NCBI GenBank assembly: GCA_934090935.1
Contig: CAKOKD010000002.1
Span: 25,438 to 89,437 of the forward strand
Origin: an uncultured Bacilli bacterium
Lineage (GTDB): Bacteria > Bacillota_I > Bacilli_A > RF39 > UBA660
DNA length: 64,000 bases
Reading direction: 5' to 3'
In this document: piece by piece, positions 10,138-19,533 of the stretch
How the letters are laid out: every line of letters begins with the position of its first letter
Numbering within the stretch: position 1 is the first letter of the stretch
The notes under the pieces: model-generated
What the model was told of the DNA's origin: nothing
The model's input: only the letters and a program-made list of their open reading frames with translations
The model's database searches: none
Made by a program: the position numbers and the translations under genes

Positions 10138-10828
10138 ATAATTCAACATTTTTCTTTTTACATTCACGATATATTTTAGAAATTGCTCTTTTTTCAATTC
10201 TAGAAACATATGATCTCGAAATACCTAAATTCTCAGCAATCTCTTTTTGAGTAAGTTCATCCTGATTAAAAAGTCCATATCTTTTTATAATGATATCTTT
10301 TTCACGAGGATTAAGAATGCTTAAATACCATTCAATGCTATCAATATTTTGATGTTTGTGAATTGTATCAGCAATATCCTCATCGTTAGATTTTATTACA
10401 TCCATTAAACTAATTTCATTTCCTTCAGAATCATGTCCAATTGCATCATTTAAAGAAACATTATTTAAATTTTTTTTATTGCTTCTAAAATACATTAGAA
10501 TTTCATTTTCAATACAACGAGCTACATAGGTTGTTAATTTATTTTTCTTATCCGGTTTAAATGAGTCAATTCCTTTAATTAATCCAATTGTTCCTATGCT
10601 TATAAGATCATCATTTATTTTTTCTATTCTTTCAAATTTTTTTACAATATGGGCAACTAATCTCAAATTATGTTCAATTAATTTAGCACGAGCATCTTTA
10701 TTGCCAAGTTTCATTTCACCAATAAGTTTTTCTTCCTCTTCACTGGATAAAGGATTTGGAAAAACATTGATAGAATAAGAACCAGTAGAGAAGGATAAAA
10801 GATTAAATAAATGAATTAAAAATAACAT
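10136..10828 (-). CDS. sigK: Sporulation sigma factor SigK (pro-sigma-K), uninterrupted
   Basis: VFPNPLSSEEE..., IEHNLRLVAHIVKKFE, DLISIGTIGLIKGIDSF, YVARCIENEILMYFR and LGISRSYVSRIEKRA match B. subtilis SigK closely; SigE would read IERNLRLVVYIARKF. A hydrophobic pro-sequence is present. AGGTGA RBS. Confidence 0.85.
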   Translation of the reverse strand: MLFLIHLFNLLSFSTGSYSINVFPNPLSSEEEEKLIGEMKLGNKDARAKLIEHNLRLVAHIVKKFERIEKINDDLISIGTIGLIKGIDSFKPDKKNKLTTYVARCIENEILMYFRSNKKNLNNVSLNDAIGHDSEGNEISLMDVIKSNDEDIADTIHKHQNIDSIEWYLSILNPREKDIIIKRYGLFNQDELTQKEIAENLGISRSYVSRIEKRAISKIYRECKKKNVEL

Positions 10829-10936
10829 ACTATCACCTAATAAATTTAATGATTTTTTGTAAAATATTATGAATATAAAATGTAAATAACTTGATAAATA
10901 GTAGACAATAAATTATAATTTAAATAGGTGAGACGT

Positions 10937-12628
10937 ATGAAAAAAAGAGGATTATGTATATTATTAGTTTTTATGACTCTTATTTGCTTTAATGCAAACG
11001 TTAAAGCTGAGGGAAGTTGTAGCTGTTATTATGGAACTGATTCAGTTGGAATAATAGTAAATGTAAGTGATTCTGGCGCCCCTAGTGTAATAAAAACCGG
11101 AACTCAAGCAACGCACCTGAATTTATCAACTAATAATTTATCTGTTACCAATTTTAAAGATACCACAAATAAAGTATGGAAATGTCCAAACAATTTGTAT
11201 TACACAATAACTAGTTCAGGGAGAAGTGTTACGTATTCAAATATTGGTGTTACAAAACCATCAAGTGGTAATGTTGGAAATTCTTCATTAGTTTCAAGCA
11301 AAAGTAGTGAAGGTGCAAAGTATGAGTCTTCATCAAGTGGAAGTAATAATCAAAAAGATATCAATTGCGTTTATGGTAATTTTACTCTTACCATCGATAA
11401 TAATAATAAAAAAATTAGTGGAAGTAATGCTGGATGTTCAAGCATTAATATTCCATCATATAGTGATCTTGGGGATAAGACTCAGTGCCCAAAGGTAATA
11501 TATGGTTATAAATATTCAGTACCAAGAACGACTGGATTTACATGTTCTTATTCATTGAAACCAACTCCTTTATATTCAACAATTGAGTTAAATGGAAAAG
11601 AGCCCGTTTTTGATGCAAATGGTGACAACGTTAGTTCCGTTGAACCTGATTCTAATAACAACCAAACAAGTGAAACTGATTCTGAATATTATACAAGATG
11701 CCCTTTAGGAGTAGATGTAACTAAGGACTTATATGGAATATTGAAAATAGTCAAAATTGTTGCTCCACTTTTGGTAATCGCGCTTACTATTCTTGATCTA
11801 GTTCGTGCTTTAGCAAAAGGAGATATCCAAGGAGAATCAAAAAAATTAGTAAATCATTTTATTAGAAGATCAATACTTGCAGTTATATTATTCTTCTTAC
11901 CAGTGCTTATTAATCAAGCGATGATTTTAGCTGATATATGGGATGAAAATGGAACATGTGATTTTAGTAATTCTGTAACTATAAATGAAAATAATAAAAA
12001 CAATAACGAAGATAATAAAGATAAATGTTCATCAAGAAGCGCTAATCAAAGATATTGTGAAAATAAATCAGGATGTAAATGGAACTCTGTAACTAATACA
12101 TGTGGGGAAGCAACTACAACTGATTATCGAAAAGAAAATTGCGATGGATATTATGATGCAACAAGTGATGAATGTGTTAAAAAGAGCAATATAACATGTG
12201 CTACATTCAGTGGTGAAAAAGCCAAATGTAAAAATTTATCAAAGAGTTATGGATTAACTTGCTCATTCAATGAAGTAAGTTTTGAATGTAGTGAAGATAC
12301 AAGTACAACTATAACACAGCCATCTAATGGTAATAATAACAACAATAATAACAATAATAACAACAACAGTAATAATACTGTTGTAAGCGATATTTCAAAA
12401 TTTCCAAAAGATTCGCTAAACTGCTGGCAACACGGATATGATACTTGTAGTGGTGTTTGTAAATGGTCAGGAGAAAATGCTGGAACAGGTGGATGCCGTA
12501 GTGCTAGTGAAGTAAGTGAAAGTATTGTCAAAGATGTTTGCTCACTTGCAACGGACCGTGATCAATGTACATCTTTAGATTCTTATTGTTACTGGACAAC
12601 TTACAGCTGTGCTCCTTATAGTGAATAA
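10937..12628 (+). CDS. Secreted/membrane Cys-rich protein: signal peptide, N-domain, central TM hairpin, C-terminal repeated 4-Cys modules, poly-Asn run
   Basis: Signal peptide MKKRGLCILLVFMTLICFNANVKA. Two adjacent TM helices (VKIVAPLLVIALTILDLV and SILAVILFFLPVLINQAMIL). A module of form C-x(8-10)-C-x(3-5)-C-x-W-x(5-8)-C occurs three times. No family recognised. Confidence 0.6.
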   Translation: MKKRGLCILLVFMTLICFNANVKAEGSCSCYYGTDSVGIIVNVSDSGAPSVIKTGTQATHLNLSTNNLSVTNFKDTTNKVWKCPNNLYYTITSSGRSVTYSNIGVTKPSSGNVGNSSLVSSKSSEGAKYESSSSGSNNQKDINCVYGNFTLTIDNNNKKISGSNAGCSSINIPSYSDLGDKTQCPKVIYGYKYSVPRTTGFTCSYSLKPTPLYSTIELNGKEPVFDANGDNVSSVEPDSNNNQTSETDSEYYTRCPLGVDVTKDLYGILKIVKIVAPLLVIALTILDLVRALAKGDIQGESKKLVNHFIRRSILAVILFFLPVLINQAMILADIWDENGTCDFSNSVTINENNKNNNEDNKDKCSSRSANQRYCENKSGCKWNSVTNTCGEATTTDYRKENCDGYYDATSDECVKKSNITCATFSGEKAKCKNLSKSYGLTCSFNEVSFECSEDTSTTITQPSNGNNNNNNNNNNNNSNNTVVSDISKFPKDSLNCWQHGYDTCSGVCKWSGENAGTGGCRSASEVSESIVKDVCSLATDRDQCTSLDSYCYWTTYSCAPYSE

Positions 12629-12650
12629 TCAATAATAAAAGTATTAAATA

Positions 12651-12675
12651 AAAAGTGCATAAGCACTTTTTTTTT
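12651..12675 (+). terminator. Rho-independent terminator
   Basis: AAAGTGC-ataa-GCACTTT followed by a T-run. Confidence 0.7.
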
Positions 12676-12706
12676 GATATAATTAACATTAGTTAGGAAG
12701 ATAAAT

Positions 12707-13231
12707 ATGATAGATAAATTTGTGCCTGATAAATACTTTAAAAGTATCTATGACATTAACTATGATGCTTTAAAACAAAGTGGAGTAAAATGCTTAATAT
12801 TTGATGTTGCAAATACTTTAATGCCTGAAAGCAAAACTAAACCAAATAAAAAAGTAAAAGATTTGTTTGAAGATTTAAAAGACATGGGGTTTAAGATTAT
12901 TCTTATGAGCAATAGTTTTAAAAAAAATGTTGAGACATTTAAAGAAGAGCTATGTGTTGATTCAGCTTATCTTTCATTTAAACCTTTAAAAAATAAATAT
13001 AAGAAAATTATTAAACTTTTTAATTTTAAAGATACCGAAATAGCATGTATAGGTGATCAACTTTTATATGATATTCTAGGAGCAAATAGAATGGATTTTA
13101 CATCAATACTTGTAAATCCAATTAGCATCGATGAATATGCTGTTTCTAAACTGAATCGAAAATTAGAAAACTTAATTATAAAAAGAATAACGAAAAAAGA
13201 TTTGTTTAAAAAAGGAAGATATTATGAATAA
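12707..13231 (+). CDS. yqeG: YqeG-family HAD-IIIA phosphatase
   Basis: The size (174 aa), the motifs LIFDVANTL (DxD-type motif 1 variant) and ILMSNS, and the position directly upstream of yqeH all fit YqeG. Confidence 0.75.
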   Translation: MIDKFVPDKYFKSIYDINYDALKQSGVKCLIFDVANTLMPESKTKPNKKVKDLFEDLKDMGFKIILMSNSFKKNVETFKEELCVDSAYLSFKPLKNKYKKIIKLFNFKDTEIACIGDQLLYDILGANRMDFTSILVNPISIDEYAVSKLNRKLENLIIKRITKKDLFKKGRYYE

Positions 13232-14216
13232 AATATGTTTTGGATGTGGAGTTAAATTACAATCTACCGATAAAGAAAAACTTGGTTATGTACCAGAAGG
13301 AAAGTTGGATACATCAAAGTATTGTATGCGTTGTTTTAGAATGATGCATTATGGAGAAATGAAATCGGAGGAAACTCCTAAAGATAAAAAAGAGATAATT
13401 AACAAAATCAATAAGGATAATAAATTTGTTATATTCTTAGTTGACTTTTTAAATATAAATGAAAATACAATGGATTTATATAGAAGTATAAAACGAGACA
13501 AACTTCTTGTAATCAATAAGTGCGAGTTATTACCAAAACATGTTAACCGTGAAAACATAAGAAATTTCGTCAAGGAATATTATCACGTTAATGGAGAGAT
13601 AAGGCTTAAAGGTGGAAATAATTCTCATGGAGCTACGTCAATCTTAAATTATTTAGAAAAAAATAATATAAAAGAAACTTATATAGTTGGAATGACTAAT
13701 GCTGGTAAAAGTACTTTAATAAATGATCTAATAAAAGCAACAAATACAGATATTTCTAAAATTAATGTAAACAATAAAAAGAATACAACTCTTGATTTTA
13801 TTCGTGTAAAATTGAATAATGGTCTTCTTTTAATTGATTCTCCAGGAATTGTTTTTTGTGACTTTGTGTCATGTGATGTTGTTGATGATAGTGTTGGTGC
13901 TTATAGTTTTAACATGAAGTCAGGTGAGACTTTGGCTTTACTTGATAGAAAATATTATGTAAAAGTAGATTCGCCAACTCCAATAACTTTTTATACTAAT
14001 TTAAATGCAAAAAATGTTGCTAAGAAAGTTTATAAGAATCTTGAGAAATTGGACAATTCAATAGAAGTTTTGGGAAATACAGATATTATTATAAAAGGTA
14101 TTGGTTTTATATCTATAAAAAATAGAACAAAAATAAGTCTTAATATAGATCCTAAATATTTAGAAATTAGAAAGAGTATTTTTGGAGGTATTTATGAAAA
14201 TACAAGTAATGAGTGA
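13224..14216 (+). CDS. yqeH: Ribosome biogenesis GTPase YqeH (circularly permuted)
   Basis: N-terminal zinc knuckle CFGCGVKLQ...CMRC. The motif order is permuted: INKCELL (G4), then GMTNAGKSTLIN (G1), then IDSPG (G3). Confidence 0.8.
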   Translation: MNKICFGCGVKLQSTDKEKLGYVPEGKLDTSKYCMRCFRMMHYGEMKSEETPKDKKEIINKINKDNKFVIFLVDFLNINENTMDLYRSIKRDKLLVINKCELLPKHVNRENIRNFVKEYYHVNGEIRLKGGNNSHGATSILNYLEKNNIKETYIVGMTNAGKSTLINDLIKATNTDISKINVNNKKNTTLDFIRVKLNNGLLLIDSPGIVFCDFVSCDVVDDSVGAYSFNMKSGETLALLDRKYYVKVDSPTPITFYTNLNAKNVAKKVYKNLEKLDNSIEVLGNTDIIIKGIGFISIKNRTKISLNIDPKYLEIRKSIFGGIYENTSNE

Positions 14217-15969
14217 TGATTTAGCTAATAAAATTGCTGCTGGAGAAGTTGTTGAAAGAATTTCTTCAGTTGTCAAAGAATTAGTTGAAAATAGTATTGA
14301 TGCTGGTAGTAAAACTATAATAGTTGATTTAGTTGAAAGTGGAACTAAACAAATAAAAGTAACTGATGATGGAAGTGGAATGGATCATGATGATGCTCTT
14401 TTATCATTTAGAAGACATGCAACTAGTAAGATAAAAAAAGAAGATGATTTATTTTTTATTTCTACATTGGGATTTCGTGGTGAAGCATTACCAAGTATTG
14501 CGTCAGTTTCAAAGGTGGATCTTCGTACTTCAACTGGAGTAGGTGGAACCCATATCGTTATTAATGGAGGAACTTTAGTAACTGATGAAAATTCTCAAGA
14601 AAAGCGTGGAACAACTATAAGCGTCGATGATTTATTTTATAATACACCTGCTAGATTAAAATATTTAAAAAGTGATATTACAGAACTTTCTAATGTTACT
14701 ACTTATATTGAAAAACTAGCATTAAGTCATCCGAATATTTCTTTTACTTTAACCAATAATGATAAAAGAATTGTATTTACTTCGGGTAGTTCTGATCTTC
14801 TTAAAACTATTCATGAAATATATAGTTATCAAGTTAGTTCTAATATGCTTTCTTTTAAAGCTAGCAATGATGATTATGATATCTCTGGTTTTATTTGTAA
14901 ACCTAGCGTTTTAAAAAGCAATAGAAATCATATGACAACTATTGTTAATGGTAGATGTGTAAGAAATGCTGAAGTTAATGCAGCTATAAACGATGGATAT
15001 CATACTTTTAAGCCAGATATAAAGTATCCGGTTGTAGTAATGATGATTGATACTGATCCAACACTTATAGACGTTAATATCCATCCAACAAAACAAGATA
15101 TTAAATTCTCAAAAATTGAAGGACTTAAAACTCTTATTACAGAAACAGTTAATTCCACATTAAAAAAAGCTCTTTTAATTCCAAAGATAGATACTTATGA
15201 ATATCAAGAAATCAATGAATATCCAACAATATCTGACGTTGAAAAGATAGAAACTGAAGAGATTCAATTTGATTTTAAAACGACTCCAAAAGAGGATATA
15301 ACTAAGGAATCCACTTTTGAAGATATTAAGAAAATCGTCGATGAAACTAAAAATCCAGCATTAGTTGAAAATGAACAAATAAAAAAAGAAGAGTTATATG
15401 CTGTTGGAATTGCTTTAGGAACTTATATAATAGCTCAAAATGAAAAAGGAATGTATTTGATTGATCAACACGCTGCTCAAGAAAGAATTAATTATGAACG
15501 TGTTTTAAGAGGGCTTGAAAGTGCAACTATTTATACAACACCTTTACTTCTTCCAATTCCAATTGAACTTACTACATCGGAATTTTTAAAGATAAAAGAA
15601 AATATGAATGTATTAAACGATTTAGGTTTTAAAATAGAAGAATTTGGAATAAATACCTTTGTAGTTAAAGAGCATCCTACTTGGTTGATAAATGGATTAG
15701 AAACAGAAAGCATCAGACGTATTTTTGATATCATAATTGAAGGTAAAAATATGTTTGATCGCGTTAAATTTCATGATCATATAGCAGCAACTATGGCATG
15801 CAAAATGAGTGTTAAAGGGAATGAAGCGATAACACTTGAACAAGCTCAAAAACTTTTAGATGATTTGGTTTTATGCAATAATCCATATAACTGTCCACAT
15901 GGAAGACCAACAATAATTACATTTACTCGTTATGAACTTGAAAGAATGTTTAAAAGAGTTATGAATTAG
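14194..15969 (+). CDS. mutL: DNA mismatch repair protein MutL
   Basis: LANKIAAGEVVERISSVVKELVENSIDAG (GHKL ATPase) and C-terminal CPHGRP. The ATG at 14194 follows a GGAGG RBS and overlaps the end of yqeH. Confidence 0.9.
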   Translation: MKIQVMSDDLANKIAAGEVVERISSVVKELVENSIDAGSKTIIVDLVESGTKQIKVTDDGSGMDHDDALLSFRRHATSKIKKEDDLFFISTLGFRGEALPSIASVSKVDLRTSTGVGGTHIVINGGTLVTDENSQEKRGTTISVDDLFYNTPARLKYLKSDITELSNVTTYIEKLALSHPNISFTLTNNDKRIVFTSGSSDLLKTIHEIYSYQVSSNMLSFKASNDDYDISGFICKPSVLKSNRNHMTTIVNGRCVRNAEVNAAINDGYHTFKPDIKYPVVVMMIDTDPTLIDVNIHPTKQDIKFSKIEGLKTLITETVNSTLKKALLIPKIDTYEYQEINEYPTISDVEKIETEEIQFDFKTTPKEDITKESTFEDIKKIVDETKNPALVENEQIKKEELYAVGIALGTYIIAQNEKGMYLIDQHAAQERINYERVLRGLESATIYTTPLLLPIPIELTTSEFLKIKENMNVLNDLGFKIEEFGINTFVVKEHPTWLINGLETESIRRIFDIIIEGKNMFDRVKFHDHIAATMACKMSVKGNEAITLEQAQKLLDDLVLCNNPYNCPHGRPTIITFTRYELERMFKRVMN

Positions 15970-15977
15970 GAGGATTT

Positions 15978-16844
15978 ATGAAGAAAAAGATACTTATTGG
16001 TATTATTATTGCACTTGTTGTTTCAACTTCTATATTTATTATCTTCGTCCTTGGTAAAAAAGATGGAAAAACAATTACTCCAACTCCAAGTGATAAAGTT
16101 TCATCAACTTCACGAGAAACAAGTGAAGTTACAACTGAGGAAACCTTTTTAACAACAGAAGAAACAACAACTACAGTAACTACAACTATAAAAACGACTA
16201 AAAAGTCAGAAACAACTAAAAAAACTACTACTAAAAAGTCAACTACAACACTAGACTATAAAAAGGTTAAAGAAACTATAAGTGAAGAATCAACTAAATA
16301 TGGTGTAGTAATTAAAGATAATTATGAAGTGACTTATAAAGTCTATAACGATGGTAGAAAAGAAGAGATAAGCAAAAAGAAGAAAAATACAACTTATGAC
16401 TCTACCAATTTTAAAGCAACAACTGAAGAATTAAAGGCGGAAGCAACTACAGTAAGCAATGTTAATAAAAGCACATATGATGAAATGCTTACATATGTTA
16501 ACAACTATAGAAGCGAGGTAAATGTAGGTCCGTTAGCTATTGATAATGATTTAAATTTAGCAGCAACTATCCGTGCTTTAGAGATGGCTTATTCCAAAAA
16601 GTTTTCCCATACAAGACCAGATGGAAGCATGTGTTATACTGTACTAGATGATTTAAAGTTAAAAACATCTGCCTCAGGAGAAAACATTGCTTATGGTCAA
16701 AGAACCGTGGCTGCTGTAAGTGAAGATTGGAAAAACTCTAAAGGACATTATGGAAACATGATAAGCGCAAGTTACAATAAAGTTGGATTTGGTAAATTCA
16801 GTCTAAATGGAGTTAATTATTGGGTTCAATTGTTTGAAAACTAA
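15978..16844 (+). CDS. CAP/SCP (YkwD-like) domain protein with a Thr/Lys-rich linker, membrane-anchored
   Basis: N-terminal TM helix and a low-complexity TTEETTTTVTTTIKTTKK linker. The C-terminal CAP pattern is YRSEVNVGPL...FSHTRPDGS...GENIAYG...WKNSKGHYGNM. Confidence 0.75.
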   Translation: MKKKILIGIIIALVVSTSIFIIFVLGKKDGKTITPTPSDKVSSTSRETSEVTTEETFLTTEETTTTVTTTIKTTKKSETTKKTTTKKSTTTLDYKKVKETISEESTKYGVVIKDNYEVTYKVYNDGRKEEISKKKKNTTYDSTNFKATTEELKAEATTVSNVNKSTYDEMLTYVNNYRSEVNVGPLAIDNDLNLAATIRALEMAYSKKFSHTRPDGSMCYTVLDDLKLKTSASGENIAYGQRTVAAVSEDWKNSKGHYGNMISASYNKVGFGKFSLNGVNYWVQLFEN

Positions 16845-16860
16845 AATAAAAGGTAAAAAT

Positions 16861-16889
16861 TTGCAATTAATCCCTTTTCGGTGTATAAT
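16861..16889 (+). promoter_or_regulatory. Near-consensus sigma-A promoter (TTGCAA-17-TGTATAAT)
   Basis: TTGCAA at 16861-16866, a 17-nt spacer ending in gTG, and TATAAT at 16884-16889. In the downstream leader, CCCCC could pair with the GGAGGGG RBS. Confidence 0.6.
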
Positions 16890-16925
16890 ATCCCCCAAGT
16901 AAACGAATTCGGAGGGGTATTTTTT

Positions 16926-17705
16926 ATGGGATTTACTATTATTTTCTTACTTATTTTTTATGCTGGAACCGTTATATTTACTAAGAAAGCAAATCTAACT
17001 TTTGTCTCCTATTATGCATCTATATTTGCTCACAAGGGTAAAATTATCAAACTTTGTGAAGACCAAGATTTACAAATGAAAGTGTTTTCTAATAAACTTT
17101 CGTTTTATGCTAAATTCACACCCTACATACCAGTTGTTAACTTGATAATTAGTTTGTTTAATCCTTTTATTATTGGCATACTTTTTAAAAAGTTTTTTGC
17201 AAGTGGAAGTTCCAATATTGCACATCTAACAGCAGAGGAAATGAAAGCTTTAGAAAACGTAGAAACAGAGTTTGAAAACGATAGCCTTGTATATGATCTT
17301 GTCAAAAAATATAGTTATTCCAAGTCCGATAAATGTGCTTTGAATAGAGAAAATGAACTAATGCCTCTTGCATATACACTAGATGAAGTAAGAAATATTG
17401 CTGAAAAGATGGATAAAGAATGTGTAGTTGGAAAAATTGGAGGTCTAGTTGTTGCTTTAATTGGATTTTCTAAAGAAGATTTAAATAATTTAACTTATCT
17501 TGAATCAACAGAATGTTTTAAAATATGCGATGAAGAAGAACTATTAAATTGTCATTTTAAAGTATTTATAAATGGAATATCTTTAGAAGATGCGAATGAT
17601 GTTTCTGATTTTATAAGACTTTGTAGAAAAACACCAGATACTTGTGAATCTAAAGAAATAGATTATATTACTTCAAAACAAAGAGAATTAAAGAAAATTT
17701 TATAG
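16926..17705 (+). CDS. Membrane protein of unknown function (paralogue A of a tandem pair)
   Basis: GGAGGGG RBS. Its C-terminal ~110 aa align with the next gene (PLAYTLDEVRNIAEKMDKECVVGKIGGLVVALIGFSKEDL...FKVFINGISLED). Confidence 0.55.
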   Translation: MGFTIIFLLIFYAGTVIFTKKANLTFVSYYASIFAHKGKIIKLCEDQDLQMKVFSNKLSFYAKFTPYIPVVNLIISLFNPFIIGILFKKFFASGSSNIAHLTAEEMKALENVETEFENDSLVYDLVKKYSYSKSDKCALNRENELMPLAYTLDEVRNIAEKMDKECVVGKIGGLVVALIGFSKEDLNNLTYLESTECFKICDEEELLNCHFKVFINGISLEDANDVSDFIRLCRKTPDTCESKEIDYITSKQRELKKIL

Positions 17706-17714
17706 GAGAGTTTT

Positions 17715-18560
17715 ATGAAAATAATAATTATTTTGACGCTTTTAGTTATTTACTTGCCGCTTGAAAAACTATCGGTAGATTTATCCTTAAAAGTTTTTAC
17801 AAAAATTACCACTGACTTAATTATAGAAAAAATAAAAGAAGGCAGATTTCCTAAGACAAATGAATTTCTAAATGAATTGGTAAAATTAAACAATAATGGT
17901 CTTTTAAAGTTTTTCTTAAGCGTTGCATCACTTACTTTAAGCATGTTTGTTCCAGGTATGAATATCATCGCTTCAGCTATATTTTCATCGAAGACTAAGA
18001 AAATTATAGAAAATTTGGATAGTATAGAGCTATCTCCTGATTATGTTGCAGAATTTAAAAATCTAACAAAAGCTCAACAACTAGAAGAAATAAAGAAACT
18101 AGAAGAAAAACTTAATTTAGAAGAAGAAAAATCACAAGGAAGTCAATTGGAAGAAAAAGATGCTTTAACGCCACTAGCATATACATTGGAAGAAGTAAAA
18201 ACAATTTCATCATCTTTAAATAAAGATTATGCGGTTGGTAAAATAGATGGAGTTAATATTGCTTTGATTGGTTTTTCAAGCGAAGAAATAGATGATGTTT
18301 ATATTGAATTGATACAAGCATTTAAAGAAGGAGGAGCATCATTTATCAACTATCACTTCAACGCATCAACTGAAGAAGAAGTTGCTAATAATCGCTTTAA
18401 AGTATTTGTAAAAGGATTAAGTTCAGAAGAAAAAGACGATATTTCAGAATATATCATGATGAATAGAAGAAAAAACAGGGATGCTTACGACAATTCCTAT
18501 AGAAAAACTGAAGCTGATTTGATAAAGTATCATCCTGAATTAAAGAAAATAAGGAGTTAA
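17715..18560 (+). CDS. Membrane protein of unknown function (paralogue B)
   Basis: PLAYTLEEVKTISSSLNKDYAVGKIDGVNIALIGFSSEEI...FKVFVKGLSSEE aligns with paralogue A. AGGAGAG RBS. Confidence 0.55.
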   Translation: MKIIIILTLLVIYLPLEKLSVDLSLKVFTKITTDLIIEKIKEGRFPKTNEFLNELVKLNNNGLLKFFLSVASLTLSMFVPGMNIIASAIFSSKTKKIIENLDSIELSPDYVAEFKNLTKAQQLEEIKKLEEKLNLEEEKSQGSQLEEKDALTPLAYTLEEVKTISSSLNKDYAVGKIDGVNIALIGFSSEEIDDVYIELIQAFKEGGASFINYHFNASTEEEVANNRFKVFVKGLSSEEKDDISEYIMMNRRKNRDAYDNSYRKTEADLIKYHPELKKIRS

Positions 18561-18564
18561 TGAT

Positions 18565-19398
18565 ATGTTAGAATTCAAATGTAATGGATATATATACAGA
18601 TTCGATAATAATTTAGCTAATACAGATTTTATCTTAAAATTTAAAGATTCGCCTAAACTTCAAAGAAATTATCGAAAAATAGAAAGCACTTTTCCTGATA
18701 ATCAAGTATTTGTTCTTTATGAAAAAGAGTTATTATATGATGGTTTTATTGAAGCTTATTATGATTTTGATAATTACATAAGAGTGAAAGATTCTGATGA
18801 ACATATTGCTTTAATTGATCCTATCGCGAATCCATCATTAGTTGGATGCGACAATATTCTATGTTATGATTATAAATACGTGATAAAAAGTAAAGGAGTA
18901 GTTTTAGAGATGTTCTACGACTATCAGTCTCTTTTACAAAGTTTGCTTTTATATATCTATAAAACATATGGTAAAACGGGACTTGATAATGCAAGAAGCA
19001 TGGGCCTTGCAAATGGAATAAGCAATTCATCATATTTTTTTGAAAACTATGAAAAAACAACTGGTGAAGATAAAAACTCCAAAACTGAAACGTTTAATAG
19101 AAGCAATGTTGATATTATTAATAGAGTTTATCAAGCGATGAATTCCGAAATATTAAGAAACTGTGAAAACAGAAATCTTGCAGCCGCGATGTTTTACATA
19201 TCAGAATCTCTATTTAAAGATGGAACTATAAAAAGTGAAGAAGAAATCTCTTCTTTAATAACAGATGCTTCAATGCAACTTTACGAAGGTATTGATACCA
19301 ATCTAAATCAAAAAGATTTTGAGATAGCATGTTTCTTGATATGCGAACTTCTTATGAAAAACTCTAAACATAAAAATAGAGGAAAATATTTAATGTAG
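18565..19398 (+). CDS. Hypothetical cytoplasmic protein (third gene of the operon)
   Basis: AGGAG RBS 4 nt after the previous stop. No recognisable motif. Confidence 0.5.
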   Translation: MLEFKCNGYIYRFDNNLANTDFILKFKDSPKLQRNYRKIESTFPDNQVFVLYEKELLYDGFIEAYYDFDNYIRVKDSDEHIALIDPIANPSLVGCDNILCYDYKYVIKSKGVVLEMFYDYQSLLQSLLLYIYKTYGKTGLDNARSMGLANGISNSSYFFENYEKTTGEDKNSKTETFNRSNVDIINRVYQAMNSEILRNCENRNLAAAMFYISESLFKDGTIKSEEEISSLITDASMQLYEGIDTNLNQKDFEIACFLICELLMKNSKHKNRGKYLM

Positions 19399-19404
19399 TT
19401 TTTA

Positions 19405-19431
19405 AGCACGAAATATCGTGCTATTTTTTTT
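19405..19431 (+). terminator. Rho-independent terminator
   Basis: AGCACGA-aata-TCGTGCT followed by a T8 run. Confidence 0.75.
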
Positions 19432-19461
19432 GTATATTTTTGTAAAATAGTTAAAAACAGA

Positions 19462-19530
19462 TTGATTGAAGTGGGATTTTGGTGTATATTATATGTAGAC
19501 AGTGGCAGAAAGTGGAAGAAAGTGGGGAAA
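19462..19530 (+). promoter_or_regulatory. dcw-cluster promoter (TTGATT-17-TGTATATT) plus an MraZ-box array (3 x AGTGG at 10-bp phase)
   Basis: TTGATT at 19462-19467 and gTG-TATATT at 19485-19490. These are followed by AGTGGcagaa AGTGGaagaa AGTGGggaaa at 19501-19530, with a further GTGGG at 19471. Confidence 0.6.
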
Positions 19531-19533
19531 TTT

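Noticed and set aside
12247-12531. A 94-aa - strand ORF with a poly-Leu run.
   Set aside because: It is the antisense reading of the (AAT/AAC)n Asn tract and Cys-rich region of the 10937-12628 gene. It is a composition artefact.
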